Shown: positions 1 to 11,500 of the stretch, one piece after another
How positions within the stretch are numbered: the stretch's first letter is position 1
How the letters are laid out: each line of letters starts with the position of its first letter
IMG/VR virus record: IMGVR_UViG_3300022924_000016
Span: 77,324-141,323 of that record
Origin: a virus
Reading direction: 5' to 3' (one strand)
DNA length: 64,000 nt
Made by a program: the position numbers and the translations under genes
Notes under the pieces: model-generated
The model's database searches: none
Seen by the model: the letters and a program-made list of their open reading frames with translations, nothing else
Told to the model about the DNA's origin: nothing

Positions 1-2
1 TA

Positions 3-869
3 GTAGATGCAATTCAAAGTGTTGGATGCGAGGTAGAGGAGGTTCCACCTGAATGTTCTTCAAATTGCGAAATATTAGAAGGAATGTGCACTTGTATTTT
101 CACGGAAACTCCTACTTATGAAGACATAAGAATACCTATTGAAGTTTCAAATCCTGAATACTTTGAAGATAGATCTTGGACTATAAGCTATAAATTTGAA
201 AGAAAAGGATGGAACAGCTATTTTAGCTCAACTCCAAATTACTACAATTCCCATCAAGATTTTTTCCAAGCGGGATTTAATTCAAATCAGTCAAAACTGT
301 GGTCACACACTTTGGAGAATACTTCCTTTCAAGTCTTTCAAGGAGAATTAAAACCTTTCTTAGTAGAGACAGTTTATGCAAATAAAAATGCAAGCAAGCT
401 TTTAGATAACTTAAGTATAAATTCAGAAGCTTTGAGATATCAAGACAACTGGTCATATTCAGAGTGGGCGAATAAAGGGTTTAATAAAGCCATTATTTAT
501 AATAATACAAATAACTCGGGAAAACTAAACTTGAAAGAGCAAAAAACAGTCTCTGATATAAGAAAATATCCGATAACAAACCCTGATAACACTCAAGACA
601 TCTTATTTGTTCAACAAGATGAGAAACAGCACATAAACTATTTCTATAACCGCGTAAAAAAAGAGAACAGAAATATTCCGCAATGGACTTGGGATGATAA
701 CAATATCTACAGAGAGATTGACAGAAGAGCGGTAAATTTCGCAAATAAAAAACTTCTAGAAAGAATGAGAGGAGATTCATTCATAATAAGACTTGAAAAT
801 GATTTAGAGTCTAGATTTAAGATTAATTACAAAAACACAGAAAACGATGCCACCTATTACGACAATTAA
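3..869 (+). CDS. Tail tubular/stabilisation-like virion protein, C-terminal part (5' end outside window)
   Basis: Frame is open from position 3, upstream of the ATG at 84. SWTISY..W.SYFS..PNYY and RMRGD..IIRL resemble podovirus tail stabilisation protein C-termini. Lies directly upstream of the internal virion genes. Confidence 0.5.
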   Translation, partial: VDAIQSVGCEVEEVPPECSSNCEILEGMCTCIFTETPTYEDIRIPIEVSNPEYFEDRSWTISYKFERKGWNSYFSSTPNYYNSHQDFFQAGFNSNQSKLWSHTLENTSFQVFQGELKPFLVETVYANKNASKLLDNLSINSEALRYQDNWSYSEWANKGFNKAIIYNNTNNSGKLNLKEQKTVSDIRKYPITNPDNTQDILFVQQDEKQHINYFYNRVKKENRNIPQWTWDDNNIYREIDRRAVNFANKKLLERMRGDSFIIRLENDLESRFKINYKNTENDATYYDN

Positions 870-2619
870 GTCTTTTCAGAATGACCCTTATGAGCAGTAT
901 ACCCGAAAAGTGGCATCGGCAGAAAGTGGAGAAAAAACAACCGCCAAAAATCCTTTCGGTGCGGCGGGACTTTTCCAATTTGTACCTTCTACTTGGAGAA
1001 ATCTTACTCAAAAATATAATCTGAATTACTCTCAAGATGACAGGCTAGACCCCGAAAAATCTAAGCAGGTAATGAAACTGTTCACGGAAGAGAATAAAAA
1101 ACAGCTTTCTAAAAGATTAGGTAGGCAACCTGATGACTACGAACTTTATCTGGCACATGGGTTTGGAGCGGCAGGAGCGGGAAGATTAATCGAAGGTGTA
1201 AATAAGAACCCAAACATAAGAACAGATCAATTTTTCTCTCCCATAATTTTAAAGCAGAACAGAACCCTTTTATATAACAAAGACGGTTCTGCAAAAACTT
1301 TAGGAGATATAAGCAACCACTTCAAGGCAAAGATGAGTGCGCCTGTAACAAGGTATACAAATAGTGAAAAACAAATAACACCACAAGAAACAGTCCAAAA
1401 CCTTCAAGAAGTTAATAACAGATTAACAGATTTGGTATTTACCAAAGAACTCCCTAATTTTGCAGGAACTTCCTATATTCCCGACGAGGATGAAAATATA
1501 CAAAAACTTGAACAAAAACAGGCGGAAAAAGAAATAATAAGAGAAAAGGAAGTCGTAGTACAACAAGCACCTCAAGAAGAGTCTCAACCTATTCAAGAAG
1601 ATACTACAGAATACTATATAGATCCCAATCAAACTTACGCTGAAATAGACAGTTTCTTACAAATGCAAAAAGGGGGAACTCTATACGTAGATAATACTAA
1701 TGACCCAAGATATCAAGCGTACCAAGATAGTTTATATCTATATGAAGAGAACAGACAGACTAAAGAAGATATGCAGAAAAGACCTTTAGTGTATATGGGA
1801 AGCTTGAGAGACGTTGATAATAGTAATAACGGAAGAGTTTTTGATATGAGCGTTACTGAGGATGATAACGGAAGACAAATCACAGGCATAAACCCAATTT
1901 CCCGTACAACTTTTAAGAACACCATAAAAAATCCGATACAAGGTAGACCTGATATAAACACTCAAATTTCAATAGGTAATTACAAAAAGCCAGAACAAAC
2001 AGTTACTATAAAAAATAAAGCAGGTTATCAACCAAAAGCCGAAATTTACAAACAACAAAGAGAAATACAAAGTACAGTCTCAAAAGTAGAGGAGCAAGGA
2101 GTAGCCCAAGTTTATAATAACATTGTACCTCAAGCAAGTTTAGAAGTATTACCAAATGCTCAAATACCAAACAGTTTCAGCCTATCAGAATACAATGAGA
2201 GAATGAATAATGCTCAAGGCTATGGTTCGGGTAGGTATGATGAAAACGCAGACATTCTGAAAGCTGAGAGAGCTTTGGATTATCAAGAGAAATACAACCA
2301 AGATATAGAAAGGCGTTACAACAATCCCGAAGCTCAAAATAACCCAAAGGCTCAAGAAAGGTATAATACTTTGAGAAATTACCTGAATATAACTCCAAAC
2401 TATCAAATAGGAGGAGAAATACCGACCTCACCTTTGGGTATGTGGCAATATCCAAATCAAACAGTAAGAGTACCGAGCGGGAACATAACAATGAATTTTA
2501 TGAAACACCCTATAGAGGCAATTTCAGAACAAACAGGTGAAAGAGTAGTGTTAAGACCCAATGAAAACTACTCTTTCAAAAATACAACATCCGTAATAGA
2601 AAAACCCATAAGACTATGA
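847..2619 (+). CDS. Internal virion protein with N-terminal lytic transglycosylase (SLT/lysozyme-like) domain
   Basis: AESG (catalytic Glu), AAGLFQFVPSTW, DRLDP and LYLAHGFGAAGA motifs. Confidence 0.8.
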   Translation: MPPITTIKSFQNDPYEQYTRKVASAESGEKTTAKNPFGAAGLFQFVPSTWRNLTQKYNLNYSQDDRLDPEKSKQVMKLFTEENKKQLSKRLGRQPDDYELYLAHGFGAAGAGRLIEGVNKNPNIRTDQFFSPIILKQNRTLLYNKDGSAKTLGDISNHFKAKMSAPVTRYTNSEKQITPQETVQNLQEVNNRLTDLVFTKELPNFAGTSYIPDEDENIQKLEQKQAEKEIIREKEVVVQQAPQEESQPIQEDTTEYYIDPNQTYAEIDSFLQMQKGGTLYVDNTNDPRYQAYQDSLYLYEENRQTKEDMQKRPLVYMGSLRDVDNSNNGRVFDMSVTEDDNGRQITGINPISRTTFKNTIKNPIQGRPDINTQISIGNYKKPEQTVTIKNKAGYQPKAEIYKQQREIQSTVSKVEEQGVAQVYNNIVPQASLEVLPNAQIPNSFSLSEYNERMNNAQGYGSGRYDENADILKAERALDYQEKYNQDIERRYNNPEAQNNPKAQERYNTLRNYLNITPNYQIGGEIPTSPLGMWQYPNQTVRVPSGNITMNFMKHPIEAISEQTGERVVLRPNENYSFKNTTSVIEKPIRL

Positions 2620-5600
2620 GCTTCGATAATTTAAAAAAATTCCTTACATTACCAAAAATGCAATTTGGCGGAGGATTTGATCCAAATAATCCTATGTCAA
2701 GATATGATTATACTTCACCATTTCAATTTCCGCAAAGCCAGCAAAATCCGAATTCGGGAATGTCAGTCTATAGTGGGTATAATCCCGATTTGCAATATCA
2801 GCAGGCAAATCCTTATTATGGGATGAGTGTGAATAGCGGATATGCACCAGCCCAAGCTCCCGCACCTGACATAAACTGGCTTTCGGATTTGACTAAAACC
2901 ATGAGTCAAAATATCCAATCCGCACAAAACCCAGTAACTCCAATAGCACAAAATACATCAACAGTCCAGACACCCCCACTGACGGCATATGATGATGGGT
3001 CAGCTCCTCAGCTAGGGGCAATCAGTTCAAATTATAAATCACCCCAAACAAACATATCGAATTTGAATACCCAAGGAGGTTACCAATTTAATACTTCGGG
3101 TAATAACGTAACAGCAGGGCAAGCTTTAGACGCACAAACAAATTATAATAAACAACAGGCAGAACAACCTCTCAAGTTATTCAATCCGTTTGGAGGAGTA
3201 GATGTATCAGCAGCATTACAATACGGTTTCTATAACGCTGGACAAGGGAACGGAGGTCAAGCCACACTAGGTTTTGGAAAAGGACTATTAGGCTTAGCTA
3301 GGCAGGGATTTAGTGCATACGGAGCAGGGAAGGAACAGAGAAACCTTATGAATCAGCAGAATAATCAACCTATTTACAACTCAACACCTCTAGAAAAAGG
3401 GGGATTTGTAGATTATATGCAAAAAGGAGGGTCGGTAAGTGTAGGGAAGTTTCTAAGTGGTAAATATATTACTGACTCATCGGATCAAAATGTTGAAATA
3501 GAAAAAAATGAATTTGTGTTGAATGCAAAAGATGGCCAAGTACAAAAAGCTATCGGAGAAACTCACGAAAAAGGAGGAATTAAAACTAATCTGCCCGAAG
3601 GTTCGCAAGTTTTATCAGACCATACAAAAATCGGTGCAAAAAATGCTAAAGAGTTATCTAAAGAATTAGATATTAAAGTGAAGGCTAAAAATACTTTTGC
3701 AGATGTTTTAGACAAATATTCAAAGAAAATTGGCGTAGAAAAAAATATAGAAGAGGGAGAAAAATTAGTAAACCAAACAGAAGAAACTCTAAAACTTGAA
3801 GAAACAGACACTAAACAAATAAATTTAGATTTCATTCAACAAGAAACAGCTAGAATAGAACAAGAAAAAGAAGAATTGAACACGCAACAACAAGAAGCTT
3901 TTAAGACAATTTTCGATAAGCAGGAATCTCAGAAAGGGAACTTTTTACAGGAGGGAGGAGAAACTGTAGCGACAGCTACTCAGGAAGAAGAAATAAATCC
4001 AAATGATATAGTAGTCCAAGTTCAGCAAGCAGTTGCTCAGGGAGCACCTATTGAAGAAATAGTGAACAATCTTTTGTCGATGGGATACTCAGAAGACGAA
4101 GCATCTCAAATCATACAAGCTTCACAATCAGAACAGCAACCTCAGATGCAAGAGGGAGGCGTAGCAGGAGAGCCAGGAGCAAGAATAGGTGACTTTTTAA
4201 AATCTGCTAATTTAATAGCACAATCAAAAGGGGTAGAGCCTCCAAAACTTGATTTAGAGAAAGGAGATATCACAAAAAATTGGACAGAGCTTCAAAATTG
4301 GTTTGTAAAAAACGCGCCAGAAGAAGTAATAAGCTACTTTGACGAGCAACCTATTACTAACAAAGGTATGGAAATACTTTTAAAGAATAATAAGACAGCT
4401 CTTAAAAACTTAGGTATTGACACCAATAGAAAACCTAACAGTTTTAGCCTAGAAGAAAAAAGAGCAATCCAAGAAGCTATTCCTTTAGATGATAAATTTA
4501 TTTTAGATCAATTTGCAGACGGTAAAGTAGACTACAGATTTCCACAAGTAAGTGCGAATTCACTTTCTTCAATCACTCCTCAAAATCAAGCAATAAACGC
4601 TTCTATGGTTTCGCCAAGTGGTAATGGATTTCAAGAGCAAGAAATGACTGCTCAAGCTACTGATAATAATACTCAACAGAATTCCGCGCAGAGAGGAAGA
4701 AATGTAATCCCGATGTTACCTGTCCTTGAAGGACTTACCCCTAGTGCCGCGCTTATTCCAAGAGCAGACCAAGTAAGATTCAATAGGCTAGAACCTACTT
4801 TAAGAACACCAGAGGCTTCAATAGCCGCAATAAATAATCAGACTAATTTTGTAAACCAGCAGGCATTTCAGTCAAATCCAAATCTTGCACCTTTCTTAAC
4901 GGCAACAAATTTAGGAACAACACAACAGTCTGTAAATAAAGCAATAGCAGAAACAGACGCTTATAATGCCGAGGCAGTTAATAGAGCCAATACTTACAAT
5001 GCAAATGTAGGCGATAAAGAACAGTTGATGAATATAAATCTCGGTCAAAACTATGAGCAAAGGTTATTCAAGACTATTGATAATCAAGAGCAGGCTTGGA
5101 GCAGATATCTGGTAAACAAGCAATTGCAAAACAAGCAGAATTGGATGGACGTAAATAATTTGAATTTGACAAATGCAATGACGCCTAATTATCAAACTGA
5201 CGGATCAAATGTGTATTTTTCAAATCCAAGAGATTATTCAACTAGAAGTGAACAGGACATACAGTTTGATAATTGGTATAGAAATGCAACACCACAAGAA
5301 CAGATAGCGTACAGAAATAGCGTAATTTCTAAAAAACAAGATGGTGGGTATATTTATGAGTTTGAAGATGGTGCTCAGCCTATGACTGACCAGCAAGCTA
5401 GAGAAGTGGCACAAGCAACAGGTTTCACAGAAGATTTTGCAAGAGAGTATTTCAGACAGCAAGGGGCAAATCAAACACCTCAATATCAGCAAGCTCCTCA
5501 AAGACCAAGAGTCAATCTTGAGACGGATATGATTGCAGATATAACTTCGGGAACTAATAGATATACACCTAATGGTGGAGTTATCGTAGGAGACTATAAA

Positions 5601-5768
5601 AAAGTATGGCTCAATAACAGACCTGAGACTTTCACAGCAAGAACCCAGCCACAGGAGGGAAGGGATTTTACATACCTTTCACCGCAAGATTTTGTTAAAT
5701 TTCAGCAAAGTCAGAATTACAAGCAGTATAAGTCTGGATACAAGACTTCAAACATAGCTTCTCGATAA
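2616..5768 (+). CDS. Large Q/N-rich internal virion (ejection/cargo) protein
   Basis: 1050 aa, low complexity, NVEIEKNE...GETHEKGG segment, repeated xQxGG motifs, ATGA overlap with the upstream gene. Confidence 0.55.
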   Translation: MSFDNLKKFLTLPKMQFGGGFDPNNPMSRYDYTSPFQFPQSQQNPNSGMSVYSGYNPDLQYQQANPYYGMSVNSGYAPAQAPAPDINWLSDLTKTMSQNIQSAQNPVTPIAQNTSTVQTPPLTAYDDGSAPQLGAISSNYKSPQTNISNLNTQGGYQFNTSGNNVTAGQALDAQTNYNKQQAEQPLKLFNPFGGVDVSAALQYGFYNAGQGNGGQATLGFGKGLLGLARQGFSAYGAGKEQRNLMNQQNNQPIYNSTPLEKGGFVDYMQKGGSVSVGKFLSGKYITDSSDQNVEIEKNEFVLNAKDGQVQKAIGETHEKGGIKTNLPEGSQVLSDHTKIGAKNAKELSKELDIKVKAKNTFADVLDKYSKKIGVEKNIEEGEKLVNQTEETLKLEETDTKQINLDFIQQETARIEQEKEELNTQQQEAFKTIFDKQESQKGNFLQEGGETVATATQEEEINPNDIVVQVQQAVAQGAPIEEIVNNLLSMGYSEDEASQIIQASQSEQQPQMQEGGVAGEPGARIGDFLKSANLIAQSKGVEPPKLDLEKGDITKNWTELQNWFVKNAPEEVISYFDEQPITNKGMEILLKNNKTALKNLGIDTNRKPNSFSLEEKRAIQEAIPLDDKFILDQFADGKVDYRFPQVSANSLSSITPQNQAINASMVSPSGNGFQEQEMTAQATDNNTQQNSAQRGRNVIPMLPVLEGLTPSAALIPRADQVRFNRLEPTLRTPEASIAAINNQTNFVNQQAFQSNPNLAPFLTATNLGTTQQSVNKAIAETDAYNAEAVNRANTYNANVGDKEQLMNINLGQNYEQRLFKTIDNQEQAWSRYLVNKQLQNKQNWMDVNNLNLTNAMTPNYQTDGSNVYFSNPRDYSTRSEQDIQFDNWYRNATPQEQIAYRNSVISKKQDGGYIYEFEDGAQPMTDQQAREVAQATGFTEDFAREYFRQQGANQTPQYQQAPQRPRVNLETDMIADITSGTNRYTPNGGVIVGDYKKVWLNNRPETFTARTQPQEGRDFTYLSPQDFVKFQQSQNYKQYKSGYKTSNIASR

Positions 5769-5784
5769 ATTTTCAATTAACGAA

Positions 5785-5816
5785 TTTGTATAACTCAAAT
5801 TAAATCATTAAATTTG
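5785..5816 (+). promoter_or_regulatory. Bacteroidota sigma-70 promoter
   Basis: TTTG (5785-5788), 20-nt spacer, TAAATTTG (5809-5816). Confidence 0.55.
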
Positions 5817-5846
5817 CCTGCTTTACATCAAGAAGTGGGCATTTTT
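5815..5846 (+). terminator. Intrinsic terminator-like hairpin overlapping the -7 element
   Basis: TGCCTGCTTT/GAAGTGGGCA stem followed by TTTTT. Confidence 0.5.
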
Positions 5847-5855
5847 ATTTAAAAT

Positions 5856-8504
5856 ATGGCAAACTATACTTCCAAGGACATAACCCTAGCTCCCGTAACA
5901 ACGAGCATTAATCTGCCTCTGATACAGCAAGTATTGCAGGTAAAACAGGGTACGTACAATCAGGCGGATGCACAAGTCCAAGCAGGATTATCTTCTCTTG
6001 AAAACTTAAAACTTTTAAGACCGCAAGACACAGAATACCTAAACTCTAAGATTAGAGGTATGACGGCTTCTTTGGATAATATGCAGGATAAGGATTTATC
6101 TAATCCAAATGTAGCTTCAAATTTCTATTCCACTATAAAATCAGTAGCGAGAGACCCATTTGTAGTAGAGGCCGCATCAAATACAGTGAAGTATCAACAG
6201 TTTCAAGCACAGATGCAAGACATACAGAAGAAAAATCCTGATAAGTTCCATCAGATAAACTATCAGTTTGCTTTAGATAAGGCAGGATTAAACCAGTATA
6301 TGGAAGGAGCTACAAACTCTTTGGGCAGTTTCTCTTATCATAATTATTCCGATTATAATAAAAATCTTTTGGATAGGATGAAGACTTTGAAAGATGTCAG
6401 AGGCGACAGGGAAGTCCAAATACAAGGAAATGGAGTAAATGGCTATCCTGAAGGAACACTGATAACTAAAAAATTAAGTGGTTTAACACCTCAAGAAATT
6501 GTAGATTATGTTCCAGGCATGATGACTTCAGAAGATGATATGCAGATGAGGATAGAGGGTTGGTGGACAGGTAAGCAAAATCCGCAACAACTAGACTCAG
6601 AATTTTCGCAATACACGGAAAATAAAAAAGAACAGCTTGATTCAAGTATAAATCTATTAGAGACTAAGGTAAATAATAAGCAGAATACGGAAGAAGAAAG
6701 AGAAACAGCCAGACAGCAATTAAGGGCTTTCAGAGCGGAAAAAGAGAATTTCTTGAAAAATAGCGCAACGGCAACTTTAGAAGAGAAGGGATATTTTGTC
6801 AAAAAGAATGATTATGTAAAAGCATTGGCAACAAGTGCAGGAGCATCTGAGAGTGTAAGTATATCCGAAGACAAAGCTTACTTTGCACGTCAAAATCTAC
6901 AGTTAAAAACAGAAGAGCTAGATATAAAAAGAGCAGAGTTAGCACTAAAACAACAAAAAGCTGGAACTACAGGAGGTCTCTATGGCATGGAAGGTATTAG
7001 TGAATCGCCACTCACAGCAGAAACAGCCCCTAATATTGACCCGATAGAACAAGTTACAGAAAACTATAAATTAACACAAGGACAGCTTACAGAAAATATC
7101 TTAGATATATACAAATCTAACGCTACAGCAAGTGAAATAAAAGACCAATACTCGGCATCTATGAATGCTATGGGATACACGCCAGAGGGGAACTTGTTAA
7201 ATGCAAATAAACAGCCAACTATAGATAAGGCAACGGCTATGTCTAAAGCTTTTGAAGACTCAAAAATGTATTTATCTAATCCTGATAAAGCAGCGGAGAT
7301 TGTAAGATTGAAAACATTAGCTGATAATTCAGCCTTAGATTATAATAACACTATAGGCTCCGCTTCCAAAGAACTTTTTAACAGTGCTCCCCAAAAATAC
7401 ATTAGTGAATTTGTTGAAAAAATAAAAGCTTTGGAGATGGAAGATGACGGATTTATAACAGGATTATTCGGTATTGGAGGAGGTTCGGAAAGAGTACAGA
7501 ATTTAACAGCTGAAGCAAGAAAGTTCATAAATGAAGTAGGGGGAGAGAGAAATTTAAAGAGTATAGGAAGCAATAATGCGAGACTAGAAAAATTTAGAGA
7601 CCTTTATGGTAAACTTTCGCAAGAAAAAGAATATAATCTGAATTTTAGATTAGGGAATATGACGTTCGCTAGAGATGTGGAGGCAAAAGCAGGAGAACTT
7701 CTTAAATCTACAGGAGTGATGACTTCTTATGGAAGTGCCAATCAAGCAACTCTTAGTAATGAAAGTCAAAATCAAAGACTTATATCAATGATTCCTACAA
7801 CGGAAGAGAGTAGACCATTTGACCCAAAGAAAAAAATAACAGTATATCAAAGAATTGTAGATGGAAGCCCTTCATTTGTAGTAGAGCAAAATGTCGGTTT
7901 TAATGAGAAAATGGGACAGATTAAAAAAGCAACAGCTGTACTGACTCCTAAAATGGCAGGATATGAATTCCTAAGACAAAGCTTAGATATGAATGAATCT
8001 TCAAGAGGACTCAGTGCAGAAGTAGCAAAAGAAAAAATAAGTATTGCGAAAAATCCAGCATATATAAAAGATGACGGAAAGTACGCACCTAAAATTGCAG
8101 ATTACCTGTTAAAAAACACTCCTCCTAACTATATAGGAAAAGCATTTTTCGCAAACCCAGCAAATTATTTGACTAAAACTAATACGGAAGAGGCTTATTC
8201 AAATGTTTTAAGGAATAACTTTACTCCCGAACAAATACAGCAAGTTACAGAGCATATTTCAAGCCGTCTATCCCAATATAAAATTGATCTAGAACCCTTG
8301 GATGGAGAATGGTATATGTCTCTGGAAGATAAAGAAACAGGTGCAGATTATAGAGGTGGAAAATTAGGACAGAAAAATTTAGAAACTCAATTTTTAAACA
8401 TTGCTCAAAATTATCCTCATACAATAGTCTTAGACTTCTTTTTAAGAGACCTAGCTACAAACAATAAAAATGCATTTAATAGAATTATGAATAATGGCAG
8501 ATAA
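5856..8504 (+). CDS. Internal virion (ejection) protein, helical/coiled-coil
   Basis: 882-aa ORF in the large-protein operon; no catalytic motif recognised. Confidence 0.5.
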   Translation: MANYTSKDITLAPVTTSINLPLIQQVLQVKQGTYNQADAQVQAGLSSLENLKLLRPQDTEYLNSKIRGMTASLDNMQDKDLSNPNVASNFYSTIKSVARDPFVVEAASNTVKYQQFQAQMQDIQKKNPDKFHQINYQFALDKAGLNQYMEGATNSLGSFSYHNYSDYNKNLLDRMKTLKDVRGDREVQIQGNGVNGYPEGTLITKKLSGLTPQEIVDYVPGMMTSEDDMQMRIEGWWTGKQNPQQLDSEFSQYTENKKEQLDSSINLLETKVNNKQNTEEERETARQQLRAFRAEKENFLKNSATATLEEKGYFVKKNDYVKALATSAGASESVSISEDKAYFARQNLQLKTEELDIKRAELALKQQKAGTTGGLYGMEGISESPLTAETAPNIDPIEQVTENYKLTQGQLTENILDIYKSNATASEIKDQYSASMNAMGYTPEGNLLNANKQPTIDKATAMSKAFEDSKMYLSNPDKAAEIVRLKTLADNSALDYNNTIGSASKELFNSAPQKYISEFVEKIKALEMEDDGFITGLFGIGGGSERVQNLTAEARKFINEVGGERNLKSIGSNNARLEKFRDLYGKLSQEKEYNLNFRLGNMTFARDVEAKAGELLKSTGVMTSYGSANQATLSNESQNQRLISMIPTTEESRPFDPKKKITVYQRIVDGSPSFVVEQNVGFNEKMGQIKKATAVLTPKMAGYEFLRQSLDMNESSRGLSAEVAKEKISIAKNPAYIKDDGKYAPKIADYLLKNTPPNYIGKAFFANPANYLTKTNTEEAYSNVLRNNFTPEQIQQVTEHISSRLSQYKIDLEPLDGEWYMSLEDKETGADYRGGKLGQKNLETQFLNIAQNYPHTIVLDFFLRDLATNNKNAFNRIMNNGR

Positions 8505-11500
8505 CAACTTAAATGCGCTTATAGATAATAAAACTATTTCGCCAGAACTTCAGGCAGTTGAACAGGATATTAGAACTAGAGCAAGTACTCCTCAAATAGA
8601 CCCTTCTAAAACTAACGGAATTATAAGCAATATTAAAACCGATAATGACTATTTTTACAAGGCTCCTATTAACAGTCCTCAAAAGATAGCATTAGAGTCG
8701 AAAAATTACAATATAAATGATGCTTATGCTCAACTTAATGATGGTACCTACATAGCAAAATATGATACTTATAAAGAAGGAGCAAACAATAATGAGATTC
8801 ATGCACAAAATCAAGGAACAGGAGAAAAGTGGCTTAATGGCTTAGCTAAATTTGGAGGCAAAACTCTAAACGCAGTTATAGGCGGAACAGCAGGAGTTGT
8901 TTATGGAGCAGGGGCGGGAATAGCAGATTGGAAATTTGACTCTGTTTACGATAATAATTTTTCAAACTGGCTAGGAGATTTAGATACCAAAATGAACTAC
9001 AATCTTCCTAACTACTACACGCAACAGGAAACACAAAAAGGATTGGGAGGACAATTATTCACTTCTAATTTTTGGGCGGATAAAGTTCTAGGAGGATTGT
9101 CTTTTACAGCAGGAGCAATTGTATCAGAGGGTATATGGGCTTATGCAACAGGAGGAACTTCTCTAGCAACCACTACCGCAAGATGGTCTACAAGAACAGC
9201 GGGTATGGCAAGAATAGCTAGCGGGACTTCAAAGTTTTCAAGACTTTTAAAAAATTCACTCACAGTAGGAGAGGATGTAGCAAGAGTAGGTACGGGATTG
9301 GTAGATGATTCTATAAACGTGGGAAGAGCCGTAGCTTTTGGTAAGGCGGGAGATGCTTTAAACACTTTAAGATTTACAATGACTTCGGCAGGATATGAAG
9401 CCTCCGTTGAAGCCTTGCAGTATAAAAAAGAACAAGAGGAAAACTTTTATAGAAATTTTCAAGAAAAAAACGGAAGACAGCCCGATCAAGAAGAGATAAC
9501 AGCTTTTCAAGAAAATCTAAGTTCCTCTGCAAATGCAGTTTTTGGAGTGAATATGGCTTTGGTGGGAAGTTCTAATTTGGTAACTCTAGGAAGAGTATTC
9601 AATCTAAAATCACCTGTAAAAACAGGTTTTGGAGAGATGTACAACAGAGCCTTGTATGGAATAGGAAAAGCAACGCCTTCAAGACTCCAATCCATTAATA
9701 GAAGAATATTACCCTTTGTTCAAAATGCAGTAACTGAGGGACTTTATGAAGAAGGTGGTCAATCGATTACTTCAGCTACGGCAGGAAAATGGCTAGAACA
9801 TGCTTACGATACAAACAACACAAAAGACTCTTTTGATTTAGCAGGGGCTTTATATGAAAACATTTCTCACCAATATGGTTCAAAAGAAGGATGGGTTGAG
9901 AATGGAGTAGGTATAATCATTGGTCTTTTAGGAGAGGCTGGGACAGGAAATACAAGAGGAGGAATAAGCAGGCAAGTTCAAGAATTTGAGAACCGTTCAA
10001 AATTAAATGAAACTTATACTTCAAAAGCATTATCGGAGCATTTCTTGATGATGAACCGTATTAACGGGTTTAATAAACAATCAGAAGATGCGCAAAAAAG
10101 AGGCAATCTTACAGAAGCTAGAATAGCACAAGACGGAGTAATATTTTCACTTTTAAACAATCGTTACCAATTAGGAGATTCTGTTTCAGATGTAGGCTTA
10201 GATATTGAAAAAGCTTTGGGAACAGTTACGCAAGACCAGCTAACAGAAATGGGAGTAGAAACTGATTTAGACACTTGGAAACAAGAACAGTCAACAGCGT
10301 TCTCAGAAGTTGCAAAATCTTTCAAAAAGAACAGACAGTTTGCAGAATATATAATAGGAAGAAATCCTGTTGCGGGAATACAGGAATTAGAGTCAGTTAA
10401 CCAACTCAATGGAATTACGGACGAAAATGGAAACTCTCGAATAAATAATCAAGAAGCTCTTATACAAAGTCTAGCTTTTACAATGATGGGTGGTCAAAGA
10501 TCGCATACCACCATGAAGGAAGCTGTTCAAGAGATGTCTGAGATTTTAGATTATGAAAAAGTAAAGGCTTTAGATACAATATCTAGCTTAGAAACAGTAA
10601 CTCAAGAAAAAAGAAATCAAGTAAATATTGCTATAAACAGAAGCAATTCTTTAGAGGAGCAAAGAGGAAGACTTGTAGAACAGTTAAGAAATATTCAGGA
10701 AACCACGCAAGGGGATACTGACACAGGAACTAAAGTTTTGAGGTTATCTGACAGGCTTGCAAAACTTACAAACCTGATTGATTCTAATAATACAGAATTA
10801 CAGCAACTTGCAGATGAAGTAAATCTAAATAACAAAACTTTAGAACAGACCACAGGCGTAAACCTAAATCAAGGTTTAGATATTCAGAGTATCAGTGTAG
10901 AGGACTTAAAAAACCTTGATTCAAATATCAAAAATTTAGGGTCTGTAATGGATGCTATAAAAGCTTCTAATCCTGAAAATTCTGCCAGACTTGAAGCAAT
11001 TTTAGAAGAGTACAAGAACTCTAGAAAAACATTTGGAGCTTATCAGTCAACTGTATTAGCTTTCAGGGATGGAAAAGTAAACATTGATAACATCAATACT
11101 TTAGTTGGGCGCAAAGTCTTAAAAAAGAACAAAAACTTAGATTCGGCAACAAAAGAGTGGCTGTCAGAAATTTTAGGAAATTACTCAAAACAAGCTGTAG
11201 ACGCTTTAGATGAGTTAACTAAAATTAACAACAGAACCACTGTTATTTCAAACGAGTCTATAGTAGATAAGAGAAGAAGAGGTGATACTTTATCAGAAGA
11301 GGAACAAACGTACTACAACGAAAATAAGACGGAGATAGATACTTTTATGAAAAGAGAGCCTATACTTCCAGTTGTACCCTTACCAACAGCTAAAACTAAA
11401 CTTCAATACCTGAGAGAAAGACTTGCTAATTTAGTTTCTAGGTCTAATAACTCCTTGACTTTTATTGGGACTTCAACAGACGAATTTCTTTTAGAAAAAC

